A stretch of 64,000 nucleotides of DNA from Nageia nagi (taxonomy: Eukaryota; Plantae; Pinophyta). The stretch is from NCBI GenBank assembly GCA_050084985.1, contig JBITNC010000001.1:198028001-198092000 (forward strand), written 5' to 3'. Position 1 is the stretch's first letter. Each line of letters starts with the position of its first letter. The notes under the pieces are model-generated. The model saw only the letters and a program-made list of their open reading frames with translations. It had not been told where the DNA came from and made no database searches. Positions 1 through 11,457 of the stretch are shown piece by piece. The translations under genes and the position numbers were made by a program.

Positions 1-1299
1 AGTAGTGGATGGTCAGGCCTTGGTGGAGCAGAAAAGCTTCAAGGAGAGCTCTAGAAGAGATTTATTCCATACTACTGTTGGTAAGACTCACTATTAACTG
101 GAAGAATTGTTGCTTCAGTTTGCAGGAGGTGAATACTCTAAATATATAAATGTATGATGAACAACATCATTGCCGTTCTATGTGGAGATGTTGAGATAGA
201 TGGCTTGGTGTGAGTGTGGCAATCATATCAGGAGTGAGAATGTTGTGTGTGACAGACATAGTTTTATCTTGACAAACTTGTTCTATTGCATTCCTCTAAG
301 TTGTACTGAAGAATGGCAGCTAGGAAGTGTTTTGGGAGTGGCAATTTGGTTGATCTTGGAAAATTGGTGACCATTGCAGCTGTTGATCCGAATGTGGCCA
401 AGATTTGGCTGTAGTATACAAGTTCACTACAGTTCTTCCACTATAAAGATTGGTGTTTTTATTTGTGTGCATGGATTTTACTGGTAATGTTTTGATGCAC
501 TTTCGTTATCAATAAGTTGTACACTAAATGAAGTATATGGAGTTTGTTAAGTCAAGTTAGTAGTAAATTTCAGTGCTAATGCTGGTTCAAATGCCAACAT
601 TGGGATTTGACATGATTTGGCTGTTTAAATTTGAGGCTCCATACTCTTGAATAAAATGCAAATTAAATCTGTATTTGAAAATCCCAAAATAGCATAGCTT
701 ACAAGTGATTACAGAACATAACGGGAATTGTTATTTAAACTGAAGTTTTTTTTTTAATATCTTTTTATCTTTTACTCAAAAAAAAAATCAAAGGCTCATC
801 TAGTTTTTCAGCAAGACGGTTGCCATTTCAATCAACAATTAGGAGAGGTATGACAAACAACATTGAGAGGATGTATCAAGAGTTAAGATGGAAAAAAAAG
901 GATGGGGGGGAAGTTTCCTTTAGGAAAGATAGTTGGGAACTAGTAGGTTTTTAGAAAAATTTCAATAATTAAAGCGTTTGAAAGAATTTCGTGAAGAAAA
1001 ATTTGGTGTAACGCTTAAGGACTAACCAAGAAAAAAAAGGAATCAAGTCTTGCATGGAAGAGATATTTAGTATTATTCTAGATTGCTAAGTTAAAAAAGA
1101 AGAGAAAGATTCAACATATGTTCATTGAGAAGTTTGGGCAAGACATGTTTATTCGTGACATGAACTCCTTCGGATAGTATACAACAAAATAAGGGGGACA
1201 ACTCTTTTACAAAAATATGAGAGAAATTCAGAATTTAAAAGTAAGTTTGAAAAAGGGAGGGTCTAACAAAGCTTAAGAACTTTATGTAGTTAATGTTCT

Positions 1300-3265
1300 T
1301 GTTGTGCCTGCACAACACCCCTCCAAAAAAAACTACATTTTTGAGGACCCTCATTGTACTGAAACATAAAGGCATGAAGGACTTTTTCTAAGTAAATGCA
1401 TGCATCGTAGAGAAGAGGAAGGAGAACTTAACAAATTTGCTTCTTCATGATGAAACAAGTCAAAATTTGGTCATTCAACCTATGGCACACATTCTGAGGC
1501 ACATGCCTTTTCATGTACCATGGAACATGCGCCCTCCTTCATGTTGCTAATTTTAGGGTTAAGTCTTGCATTTTCAGCCTCAAATTGCATCATTCAAGCC
1601 CCATTTCACTTGGTCATCTTTGTGGAAATTCCATCCTCTCCTTTGCATTGTGTTATTGAGGGTCATTTTGGAAGAAAAAATTGCATTTTGTGCCTGAGCA
1701 CATGTTTTGAGGCACATGCTTTTGCATGTACCCAAATCGGTGTGCCCTAGGCAAGAGAGGTATCCTGACACTTAGAAAATTTTCAAGGTAAATATTAGGA
1801 TAGCTTGAGCACATGTTTTCTGGCACACGCTTCCGCATGTACCTGAAATGGTGCACCCATCACAAAAAATCATTTTCGGCACTTAGTCATTTCGGAGAAA
1901 ATTGGTAAAGATGGTTGAGCGCAAGGTTTTGGGGACATACTTTTCCATGTACCAAAATCGGTGCACCCTATTTCATGTGGACACTTCACTCGCACCAATC
2001 ATAGCATGACACCTATCCACCCCAACAAATCTATAAAAGGAAAGTCTAAAAAGCACATCCCCTAAACGATGCGCCCTATTCTAGATGGTGAATTTCAAGG
2101 TCATTTTCATTAATTTTTAATCCATTGCATTGGAGAGTATGCCACAGGCTGTGCGCAAGGTTTTTGGACTATGCTTAGGCACTCACCTAAGTCGGTGCAC
2201 CAACCTACAGATGTCCTAGCCCAAGGTCAAGTTTTCTTGGCTAAGTATAAAATCTCGTGAAGGGGCCCAGGCGCATGTTTTCTAGTACATGTTTTTCCAC
2301 TCATCCAAATTGATGCACCCAAAATTCCAAAGCATTTGCAAGTTAAGTATTTCAAGGTGCATGCTTGGGTAGGCGCAAGGATTTTGAGACATGCTTTTGC
2401 ACCCCTCCAAAAGGGTGCGACCAAGTTGCAAAAGCTTTTAGGTGTGATGAAAATTGGCTAATTCCTTTCAAGAGCACACAAGTTGGTTGACGCATGCATT
2501 TTGAGACATGCTTTTGCATGTACCCTACAACATGCACCCATCATTTTGGTTTCGTCATTTGACCTCATTTTCAACCAACAAAGAGCTAACACATGTCATG
2601 TTTGAAGACTATATATTTCAAATCAACCCTTGCATCATTCTACCACTTCATTTCATTTTGGGCCAAGTATCCCAGTCGCAACATTTCTGGCACGTGCTTA
2701 AGGACTCATCTAAATCGGTAAACCCAGGAGAAATAAGGGTTTGAGGAGGCGTCTAAACTGCCAGTAGCCATTTTCGAAGAGGGTGAGCTGGATCTCAGGG
2801 TCCATTTTCTGTAATTCACTTTGCATCTTTTTGACAAGGCTTACCCTAAACTGACCTATGCGCATGCTTTCTCACTATTGCTTCAAGGGCACATCCAAAA
2901 CAGTGTGCCGATGTCCAAAGCCAAGAATTTGGTTACATATACATGATTATCAAGTGCATTTCATTCTCCTTTCAGTATGCATAAAAATCTGAAGAGCATG
3001 CTTTGCGATACATGGAAAAGCATGTGCCAGAATTCATGCACCCTACGAAGTGGTGATTTGACCTTCATTACAGAGTATTGCTGACCAAAATTGACTAAGT
3101 AATGTGTTTTCCCATGAAGAGCCTTGTCACATGTTTTCTAGGCAATGAAAAAGCACGTACCCAAATCCATGCGCCATAGGGTCTGTAAGCCGAAATTGTC
3201 TAAGTGTGGAAGCAGCCAAGAGTTCAAAGATTAAAAAGACAAGTGGCATACATGCAAAGGCCAAG
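1300..3265 (+). mobile_element. Truncated long LTR (copy A, 5'/U3 part) of a Gypsy-type retroelement
   Basis: Begins TGTTGTGCCTGCACAACACC. Aligns by eye over about 2 kb to the reverse complement of 17160-19273. Built from repeated CACATG...CATGTACC...GGTGCACC modules. Confidence 0.75.
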
Positions 3266-3269
3266 AATA

Positions 3270-6075
3270 TGACTCTAAGTACAAAAAGGAGTTCACTGGG
3301 TTTTTTCTCGTGATCAGCTCAAGGAGAGCTATCAAATGGAGCAAGGTAATCAATGATGCCTTGCACCACCAGCTAGCTTACCTTGGCTCCTCCAAGAGGT
3401 TCTACATGAACTCCTATCTTGTATACCTGCTGTTGCATGGCAAGCTCAAATCAAGGGAGATTGTGGATGAAAGATATTTGGGCTAGAAAGGAGTTCCATT
3501 GTGGCAAATCTATCCGAAGTGGTGGTACCATAACAAATTTAACCATTTATATGAGAGAAGCAACCAGTGGGAGTATGCCATTTACAAGGATATTAAGGGA
3601 GAATCAATAGTCAAGAGGATTTCTGATGCTGCTATTCAAGCCTTCACTGTACATGCAAACTTCTATTTGCAGTATACTAATCATACTTACATCACAATCT
3701 ATGGCTTTGAAGAACAACCCCTACTCCTACCCAGATATGCCAATGATAGACTCATTCTCATGGAATTTGCAATGCAGTTATTGTTTTTGAAGGAACGAGT
3801 ATGGAGAAAGGAGGATGCAACCATCAACTTGCCCATTTCCATCACAAGTTACGTTTGCCAAACATGGGTTGAGGCCAATAATATGAAGAAGGAGTTGTAG
3901 CAATATGTCTTTCTAAAGGAGATGGCACCTAGAAATTGTGATCCCAAAGATGTGATTGCTTATTTCTACAGCACCGCATTCCAAAAACCTATTACCAACC
4001 ACCCCAAATCTTTGTGGAATATGGAGAAGTACAAAAATGTGCAAGACAAGGAGGAGATAGCAAGGATAGATGCTCTTCTGAGCAAAAATAAGACTCCTCT
4101 CCAAGCAAAAAGGACACCTCAAAGACCTAGAATTGTAAAGGGAAAACCTGAAGAGCTCCCATTGAGGATCAAGACATCCCCTCCTCCTTCTGCAAATGTT
4201 ACACCTCCACAAGTTAAATCGCCCTTGCTTCCCATTGGGAAAAGATGAGGAGCATCAAGCGAGCATGCCTCAGGACCTAGTAAATGCAATGTGGTGGCTG
4301 ATGCATCAAGGAAAAGCCAACACGTGGTGGCTGATCTCAAATACATCGGTTACCATACTATCCCTTTGAGTATGCTGGAGGAAGCCTATGTCAATGATTC
4401 CCCTGTTCAAGAAACTCCATCTAGACCCACTCATCCTCCTGGATGTGAAGAAAGAGTTTGACCATTGCAACTAAGTTCCAGTTCTTCTAAACATTCCACT
4501 TCTTCTTCTCATGAAGAAAGTGATGAAGAACTCGACCGTACTATACAAGGCTGAGAAGAAGAGACAGAGAGCCAAGAAAATGATTAAGAAAGTCGTTGTG
4601 AAGAAGAAGAAGATGATGATGATGATGCAGATGATGCTATTGATGAAGAGTATCTTGGACAAGAGAATGTAGCCATAAGTGCTTTTGCACCTAACGAGAC
4701 GGAGATTGAAACTCTCCCAAATGATGATGATGACCAAATCCTAGATGTTGGGACTTATGATGAACTCCATATTCTTGGAGTGAAGTATGCCAAAGAGGTG
4801 GGTTCTTCCAAACCCTCTCCTACTGAACATAGAAGGAGGTCACCCTCGTCTTCTCAAAAGCCCTCTATGAAGAGGACTAGCCATTAAAGATCCCCTCAGC
4901 TACACAAGAAAGGTCTATCAATAGGTGGCAACAATGGAGATTAAGAAGATGAAGGGGAGACTGAGGAACCAAAGAAGAAGAGAAAGCATGATGAGCACCA
5001 AGGCAAGGAGGTTGCCCTTGTTCAAGAGATTCCAACAAAAGCTACTCCAACAAGAGATGTCAAGAAGATCAATATACGTCGAGTGTTGGTGCAGATGCTC
5101 CCTCCCAAGCCGACAACCGAACATCCAGATCTTGACTTAGATTCCTGCCATAGAGACCCGAGGACTGTATGATTGAGACATTCAAGATGCCCGTTAAGCT
5201 AGGTCTAATAGCCTGAAAGCACATTGTTACTCAAAATGCTACTATCATAGAACAAGAAGGCTATGAAGATAAGAAGGATGTGAGAATACTCAAGAAGGAA
5301 CTCACGGCCAACAGAAAAATCTTCAAAGAGTTCCAGAATGTTAGCACCATCCCTATTGAGTTGAAGAAGCAAGCCTCATTCCATGCAGGATGGAAGTTAA
5401 TGAAGGACCAATTGAAGAAGCAGATGATGGAGACCATTGAGAAGTTATCTTCTCAAATATATAGCCTCCTTGAGGAAGGGGTCGAGATCTAGGAGTTGAA
5501 ATCACAAATAACAACCCTTCTCGGGAAGTTGGATGGTTATCTCCAAAATGTCACCCATCTGCAATAGACCTTTGTTGACAAACCCGAGAAGTTGGTATAC
5601 TACCATGAATTCATGTATTAGCACAACTAGTTGAAGCATGCACTTGAGAAGTGTAATGTTGTTCTAAAAGTCAAGATCCCCTTAAGAAAGGAGGTAGAGG
5701 AACAAATAAGCATATATGTATACCATCTCAGATTTTAAGGTGAAGATAACATCGTGCGTAAGAAGGAAGAAGTATTGGCACAGGCTCAAAATCTAATTCA
5801 GGAGCATCTTGAGGTCGAGGACCTTAACTTATTGAAGGCAGGGCATCCTATTCTCCAGGAGAGGTAGATGGTCACTTGGAAATTTCAGATGCAGGCTACG
5901 TCTAGGCAGATTGCAGATTACTTCAGGCAGAATGGCAACATTGTTGGCATGGTTTCCATGGGAGTACAGAAGACCATAACGTTCTTGGTAGAGACCATTG
6001 AGTTGTATGGTCTCACCAACAAGTGGAACTCCACTGGTACAGGATCAAATCTGGCCTACATTTGGTCCACTCGTA
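3270..6075 (+). pseudogene. 5'-truncated retroelement accessory ORF, paralogue 1 (uncharacterised globular domain, acidic linker, coiled-coil-like C-terminus)
   Basis: Long reading frame broken by scattered stops and frameshifts: IKWSKVINDALHHQL...FYMNSYLVYLLLHG...LPRYANDRLILMEF. D/E tract at 4510-4740; helical K/E/L-rich region at 5250-5950. Homologous to 11458-13990. Confidence 0.75.
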
Positions 6076-7239
6076 GATTTCGTCTGCGATTATCCTTTCT
6101 TTGTTTAATGCATATTGATGGTGGTTGTTTTTATGTTAGACTTTATTTACTTAATTCGACTTGTGTAGGGATGAGGTTTTGCTCCCACCAAATCAAATGT
6201 ATCAGACTCATTAATGGCTTTTACCGATGTAGGGATGAGGTTTTCCTCCCACCAGTTCAGATCCCAAATGTTTATTGCATATCAGATTTTCTTTTGCATA
6301 GTTTAGAGGTAGATTAAATGCATTACGACTATGGCATTTATATTTTGTCAGCTTTTAAATGCTACTTGCACAATTTTTTGTGATAGATCAAATTTTGTAT
6401 TGATATGTGCATTGCATGTGTGCACATCATATCAAATTTGATGCCTTTAGCGCAACACTTCTAGTGGCCTATTTATACCCCCACTCGAGCTATTTAGAAG
6501 GGGATTTTTGCATGCATAAGATTTTTGCATTTGTAAAAACTAGAGGATTTTGCATTTGTAAAAATTGGAGAATAGAGCATATGTGCCATTTCCGCATGAT
6601 ATTGATTACATATAAAGATTTTGCATATATGTGGTTTTTGCATACGAAATATTTTATCATTCCATTGCATAAGAGATTGTTGCGTAAGGGATTCTACGCA
6701 TGTCATGATTATGCATTGTTACATCTTTGGTACACTTCTAATATCATGTTGAGGGAAATGCAATCAAGTAAGGATTGTTTTTACTAATATTGTTGAATAT
6801 CATTGGAATTGATATCTTTCTAAAATAGTTCTATAAAGTTAATACTGTGAAGATTGTCATTTGTGGGATCATGCATGCTATCCTATAAGATTCTCTTGCT
6901 GGTTTGATTGATTTTTACTATTTAAGTTCACTTTCTTTGAAAACTATGAGTTTTAAGAAAAGATTGCAGAGCTATGTAGTGAGGGAGAATTTCTATATTT
7001 ACCCCTTGAAGGGGCACCCTCACATTATTCTGAAAGTTCAATGGTTGTTTGATTTGGGAGACATTCATACCAACTATCAGAAGCTCACCATTTGTTTCGA
7101 AATAGATGGTAAGACACATACGCTACAAGGTATCTGGGATGATTGTCCACAAGTGGACAATAACCATCTAGAGGTGATCGAGTGGTTTCAACACAAGGAG
7201 TCTGAAGGAGAGGCCATGTTACAAACTGAGGAGCCAGGA

Positions 7240-7660
7240 GGGGCCACATTTGGCCAAGGAGTAGTTGGGACCCTGACGTTGGGTATGCAGGGAGTCTTCC
7301 ACCCCACATTGGGCACACAAGAGCATTTCCAACCCACATTGGACACATTGGATATCTACTAGCCCACGTTGAGCATCTAGGAGGTTTGTCATGCCACGTG
7401 GAGTATCTAGGAGCATTGTCTTGCCGCGTAGGGCATTCGGGAGTATTGGAGCCCCACGATGAGGATCAAGGAGACCAGAATTGCTGATAATTGGTGTCCT
7501 AATGATGGGCACCCCACGTTGAGGCTTGAGGAGGCCGAGGTTGTTGGTTGGAGGTGTCAAGATTGTGGACACCCATCGTTGAGCTTGAGGTTGGTTGCAT
7601 TCCTCTCATGGAGATCTCAAGAGATGGAGAATGAGGCGGTTTCTTACCTCACATTGGACC
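7240..7660. repeat. Degenerate 30-bp tandem repeat (core CCCAC[A/G]TTG)
   Basis: CCCACATTGG/CCCACGTTGA/CCACGTGG cores recur at about 30-bp spacing. Confidence 0.7.
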
Positions 7661-8499
7661 TAAGGAATTTGGAGGAGATCCTACTGCCTAAGTGAAGCTT
7701 AGGCTCTACCTATTTTTCACTAACTATTCTCTTTTTCAAGGTTTTGCAAGTACAATTCAGCCTTAGTGTGCATGTACTTTGATGGCTTTAGAGGATTATC
7801 ACTAAGTATCTATTGTGAAGTGACAATTACAGCAAACTAGAGAGTTTGCAACTTGCATTAAGACAAGAGCATGAAACTCCCACCATCCACTCCTCAATAC
7901 CGTCCTGCCTAGTGCATATTGAAGTTGCATTCCACCACCATGGTGCATATGGTGTTGGTATGTTTTTCTTTCCTAGTCCAAAACATGCACAAGACTTGGA
8001 GGAAACAGCGTTACTTGTTTCCGCCTGAAAGGACTGGTTACCCCAGGCATTCACATGGAATATGGTAAAGGGCACAATAGTCAAAGATGCATGTTGTTAA
8101 CTGTATAAAAGGGAAACACACTATCGGAGTTTGTTTTCCCCAATGAGAAAATACTACAAATGTGAATGAAAGTGAAGAAAGATCACAAATGCAAGGACAA
8201 ACATAGGGATAAGTGCATAGGAATATAAAGAAAGATGAACTTATGAAGATATCGCCAGTGTATTCTGTCTATACAACACACCCCAAGATGCAACGTTTTG
8301 GGGATCGAATTTTTGCAATAGCAATTAGCGATATTACCTAGGCATAATCAGTCTACGGCCAAGAGGGAAGATTCAGAACGGCCAGATGATCGAAGCAGCA
8401 TACGAGCATGCCCCGGAATCATGAAGAGAATTCAACGCAGCCCATGGCCAAGTTAGGGCATGATTTCGAGAGACATCTCATAGGATGGAGTTTTGGGTA

Positions 8500-10400
8500 T
8501 GATTGCAACCAGAAAGCAAAGTTTTTGAGTGAATGGAAAATGTGGCAAAAAGAGCATGTTTTTGTCAATTTTGAGCAAGGAAAAGGCGACTATGACCAAA
8601 AGGTGCATTTTGGTCACTTTTAAGCCCGAAGAGTTGGAAAATGGTCATTATGGAAGAAAAGTGCATTTTGGTCGATTTTGAGCCCAGAAGTAACCAGTAT
8701 GGTAAAAATGTGCATTTTTGTACAGTTTGGGCCCGAAATGCTCGAAAATCACCAAAAATGCAAAGTTGAGCTCAAAGTGCTCAAAAATGCTGAAAATTAT
8801 CATTTTTGCATATCTTAAAACCAAAAATGCAAACTTTGAGCCCAAAATGGCGCAAATGCTAGAAATGATCATTTTTTCACCGTTTGAGCTTGAAAATGTC
8901 AGAAATGGTTGAAAATGCATACTTTGGGCCTGGAAAAAGCTGAAAATGCATCGTTTGGGCCCGTAAAATACAAAAAAGACTGGAAGTGTACAATTGAGCC
9001 TGAAATGGATCAAAAAAGCAAGTTTCAGCATCCTTGGTGGATGAAATCAAAAAAATAAGCATTTTGGTGCCTGAGAAGCCTCGAGTTGAGTCTAGAAAAA
9101 TGGGTTTTTTCTAAATGCTCAAAATGAAAATCCAAGAGAAAGATGTGATGCCAAATAATGAATTAAGGCAACCGTACTCTTGGAAATTTCCAAAAAACTC
9201 GAGTTTCGCCCTCTGAAAAATTGGGTGGGAGTTTTGCATGTTTTCCCTCACTTTGTCAAAACTGACCAAAAGTGGAATTTTTTACGTGTTTTGCTCCTCC
9301 AAAAGTGCAACAAACAAGAAAATGAGCACAAAGGACAAAAGGACAACCAATAGGAATGCTTCAAATTTTCCAAAATTTAAAACTATCAAAATGAAAATCT
9401 AAGAGAAAGATGTGATGCCAAATCCAATTTTAGGCACCTTTGCTCTAGAAATTTTCTAAAAAAAGTCAAAAAATACCCCTCAGAAAGATAGGCACAAGTT
9501 TGGCATGTTTTCCCACCTTTGGTCAAATTTCAAGAATGGCCTATTTCCTCCAAAACCAGCGCCTACCCTTCTTGCACCCCAAAATTGCAAAAAAATGAAC
9601 TTTTTGATCTCCATGAGGTGTAGGATGGGATTTCACACAAGATTGATGATTTGAGTTTTCCAAAAAAAATGAGATCTACTTCCTCAAAATCATCAAAAAT
9701 TGATCAACCAATTAGAGAGCTCCAAAATTATCTAAATTTTCCAAAGTTGGCCAAATCAAAAAAAGAAGAAAGAGGTAGGGTGGTAAATCAAAAATAAAGC
9801 ATCTTTCCTCTTGGAATTTGCAAAAATGATAAATTTTTGCCCCTCTTAGAGTAAGGAGGCAATCTTGCATGAGTTCCCCTCTTTTCCCAAAGTTCTCAAA
9901 TGGCCTAAAAGTCCCAAAACCTACGCCAAGCTTGGGAGTACTCATAATTGCTCCAAAATCCAAATTTATGATCCTAGGAGCATGGGAAAACCAATTTTGC
10001 ACAAGTTTCATGTTTTAAGTTTTTGAAAAAAAGTGGATCTGCTCCCTCAAAATCATAAAAATTGGATCAGCCAATGGGAGAGCTTGAAAATTATCCAAAT
10101 TTTTCAAAATGATCAAAATCAGAAATGGAGAGAAAGGTAGAGTGCCAAATTCAAAGATGATGAACATTGCCTCTTGCAAGTTTTCAAAAAACTCAAGATT
10201 TGCCTTCCAAAAATCTAGGGCGGAGTTTTGAAGGTCTTGGGCCATTTCACCAAAGTTCCCAACATGCCCAAAACATCCTAAACCTACGCCTAGCCTCCTT
10301 AACCCCCAAACGTGCTCAAAATTGACATTTAATGCTTCCATGTGGTGGGTTGTGTGATTCTACACCATCCTTTTGTCTTCCAAATAGATTCAAGGGTGAA
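8500..10400. repeat. Degenerate internal repeat region of a retroelement (short AAAATGCA/GCCCAAAA motifs, then ~270-360 bp units)
   Basis: 9121-9270 resembles 9388-9535 (AAAATGAAAATC.AAGAGAAAGATGTGATGCCAAAT). 9682-9950 resembles 10045-10310. Confidence 0.65.
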
Positions 10401-10625
10401 AAAACTCAAGAATTTAGATTTTTTTCTCAAAATTCGAAATCCAAATCTGAAGTGTGGGGGTGGAAGAGCATCCTAGACCTAGCATCTTTGCCTCAAGTGG
10501 CCCCCACATTGGTCCAACCATCCTCCTTCCAAAGTTAGGCATGAGGAGGAAAAGCCCAAAATGCAAAAATTCACTCTATGGTTGATGTGGTGTTGACTTG
10601 TGGCACCTTTATGACCCCTTGAGTC

Positions 10626-11457
10626 TATAAATACACTCATACCCATTTCACTCACTACTCTCATTTTGCACCCTTATGCTACCAAAATTTTTGAGAATTA
10701 GAGAGCTAAAGTGAGAAAGAAAGCCAATTTCACCCTTGGAGGATAACTTGAAGACTTAGCACCATTTCCACTTACCCAAACTCCATTAAAATTCAAGATC
10801 CAAACATCCTCCATCCCACATGAACTCCATTTTGTAAGTTTTTGAGGATTTTTACATCAAAACCCCATTTTTCAAACCCTTGAAAAACTTTTTTTTACAA
10901 AATTCAAGTTTGATCACTCTTTTGGATACCCTTTATCCTTGTGATCTACTTTTATTTTCAGCAAAAAAAAAAAACATATGATCCAAGATCTAAGTGCCCA
11001 AAATCCTCATTGCTTCGAAAATTTTCAAAAAAAATGTAGAAATTTTTTCAAAAACTCTAAAAAGTGTTTTTCAAGTCCGTTTTAACCATTTGAAAGTTTA
11101 AAACATCTTCCCTACTCATTCTCCATCCATCTAAGGTGTTAAAACTTGATTCCGACACCAATTGACAAATTTAACCTTTTTTCCCTTTGAAAAAGTCAAC
11201 TTTTTGAGCCAAAATTTGAAAATTCTCTTAAAGTCCCAAATTTTTATAACTCATTTGCCCTTGGGCCAGTTACCTTGTGTTATCCCTCACTCACTCAAAA
11301 GACCTTGAACCTTGCAAATTTTGGCATTTTCGATGATGGCACACTTAAAGTAAAAAATCCAAAACTCCATTTTTTCAAAATCTTTCTTTGCCCAAAAAGT
11401 GCCACAAGCTTATTAGGACTCATCTACCTCTATGTTGTCTACCTAAACAAGGACAAG
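10626..11457 (+). promoter_or_regulatory. Putative internal promoter and 5'UTR intron of accessory ORF 2
   Basis: TATAAATA at 10626 followed by a pyrimidine-rich initiator-like tract. GTAAGT donor at 10834. AG candidates at 11450-11451 and 11456-11457, just before the ATG at 11458. Confidence 0.45.

Noticed and set aside
1-700. CAP-H exon 4 or another host exon
   Set aside because: No frame gave recognisable CAP-H or other protein sequence.
6904-7695. Overlapping 80-150 aa ORFs on both strands
   Set aside because: They arise from the degenerate 30-bp repeat and have no recognisable protein motif.
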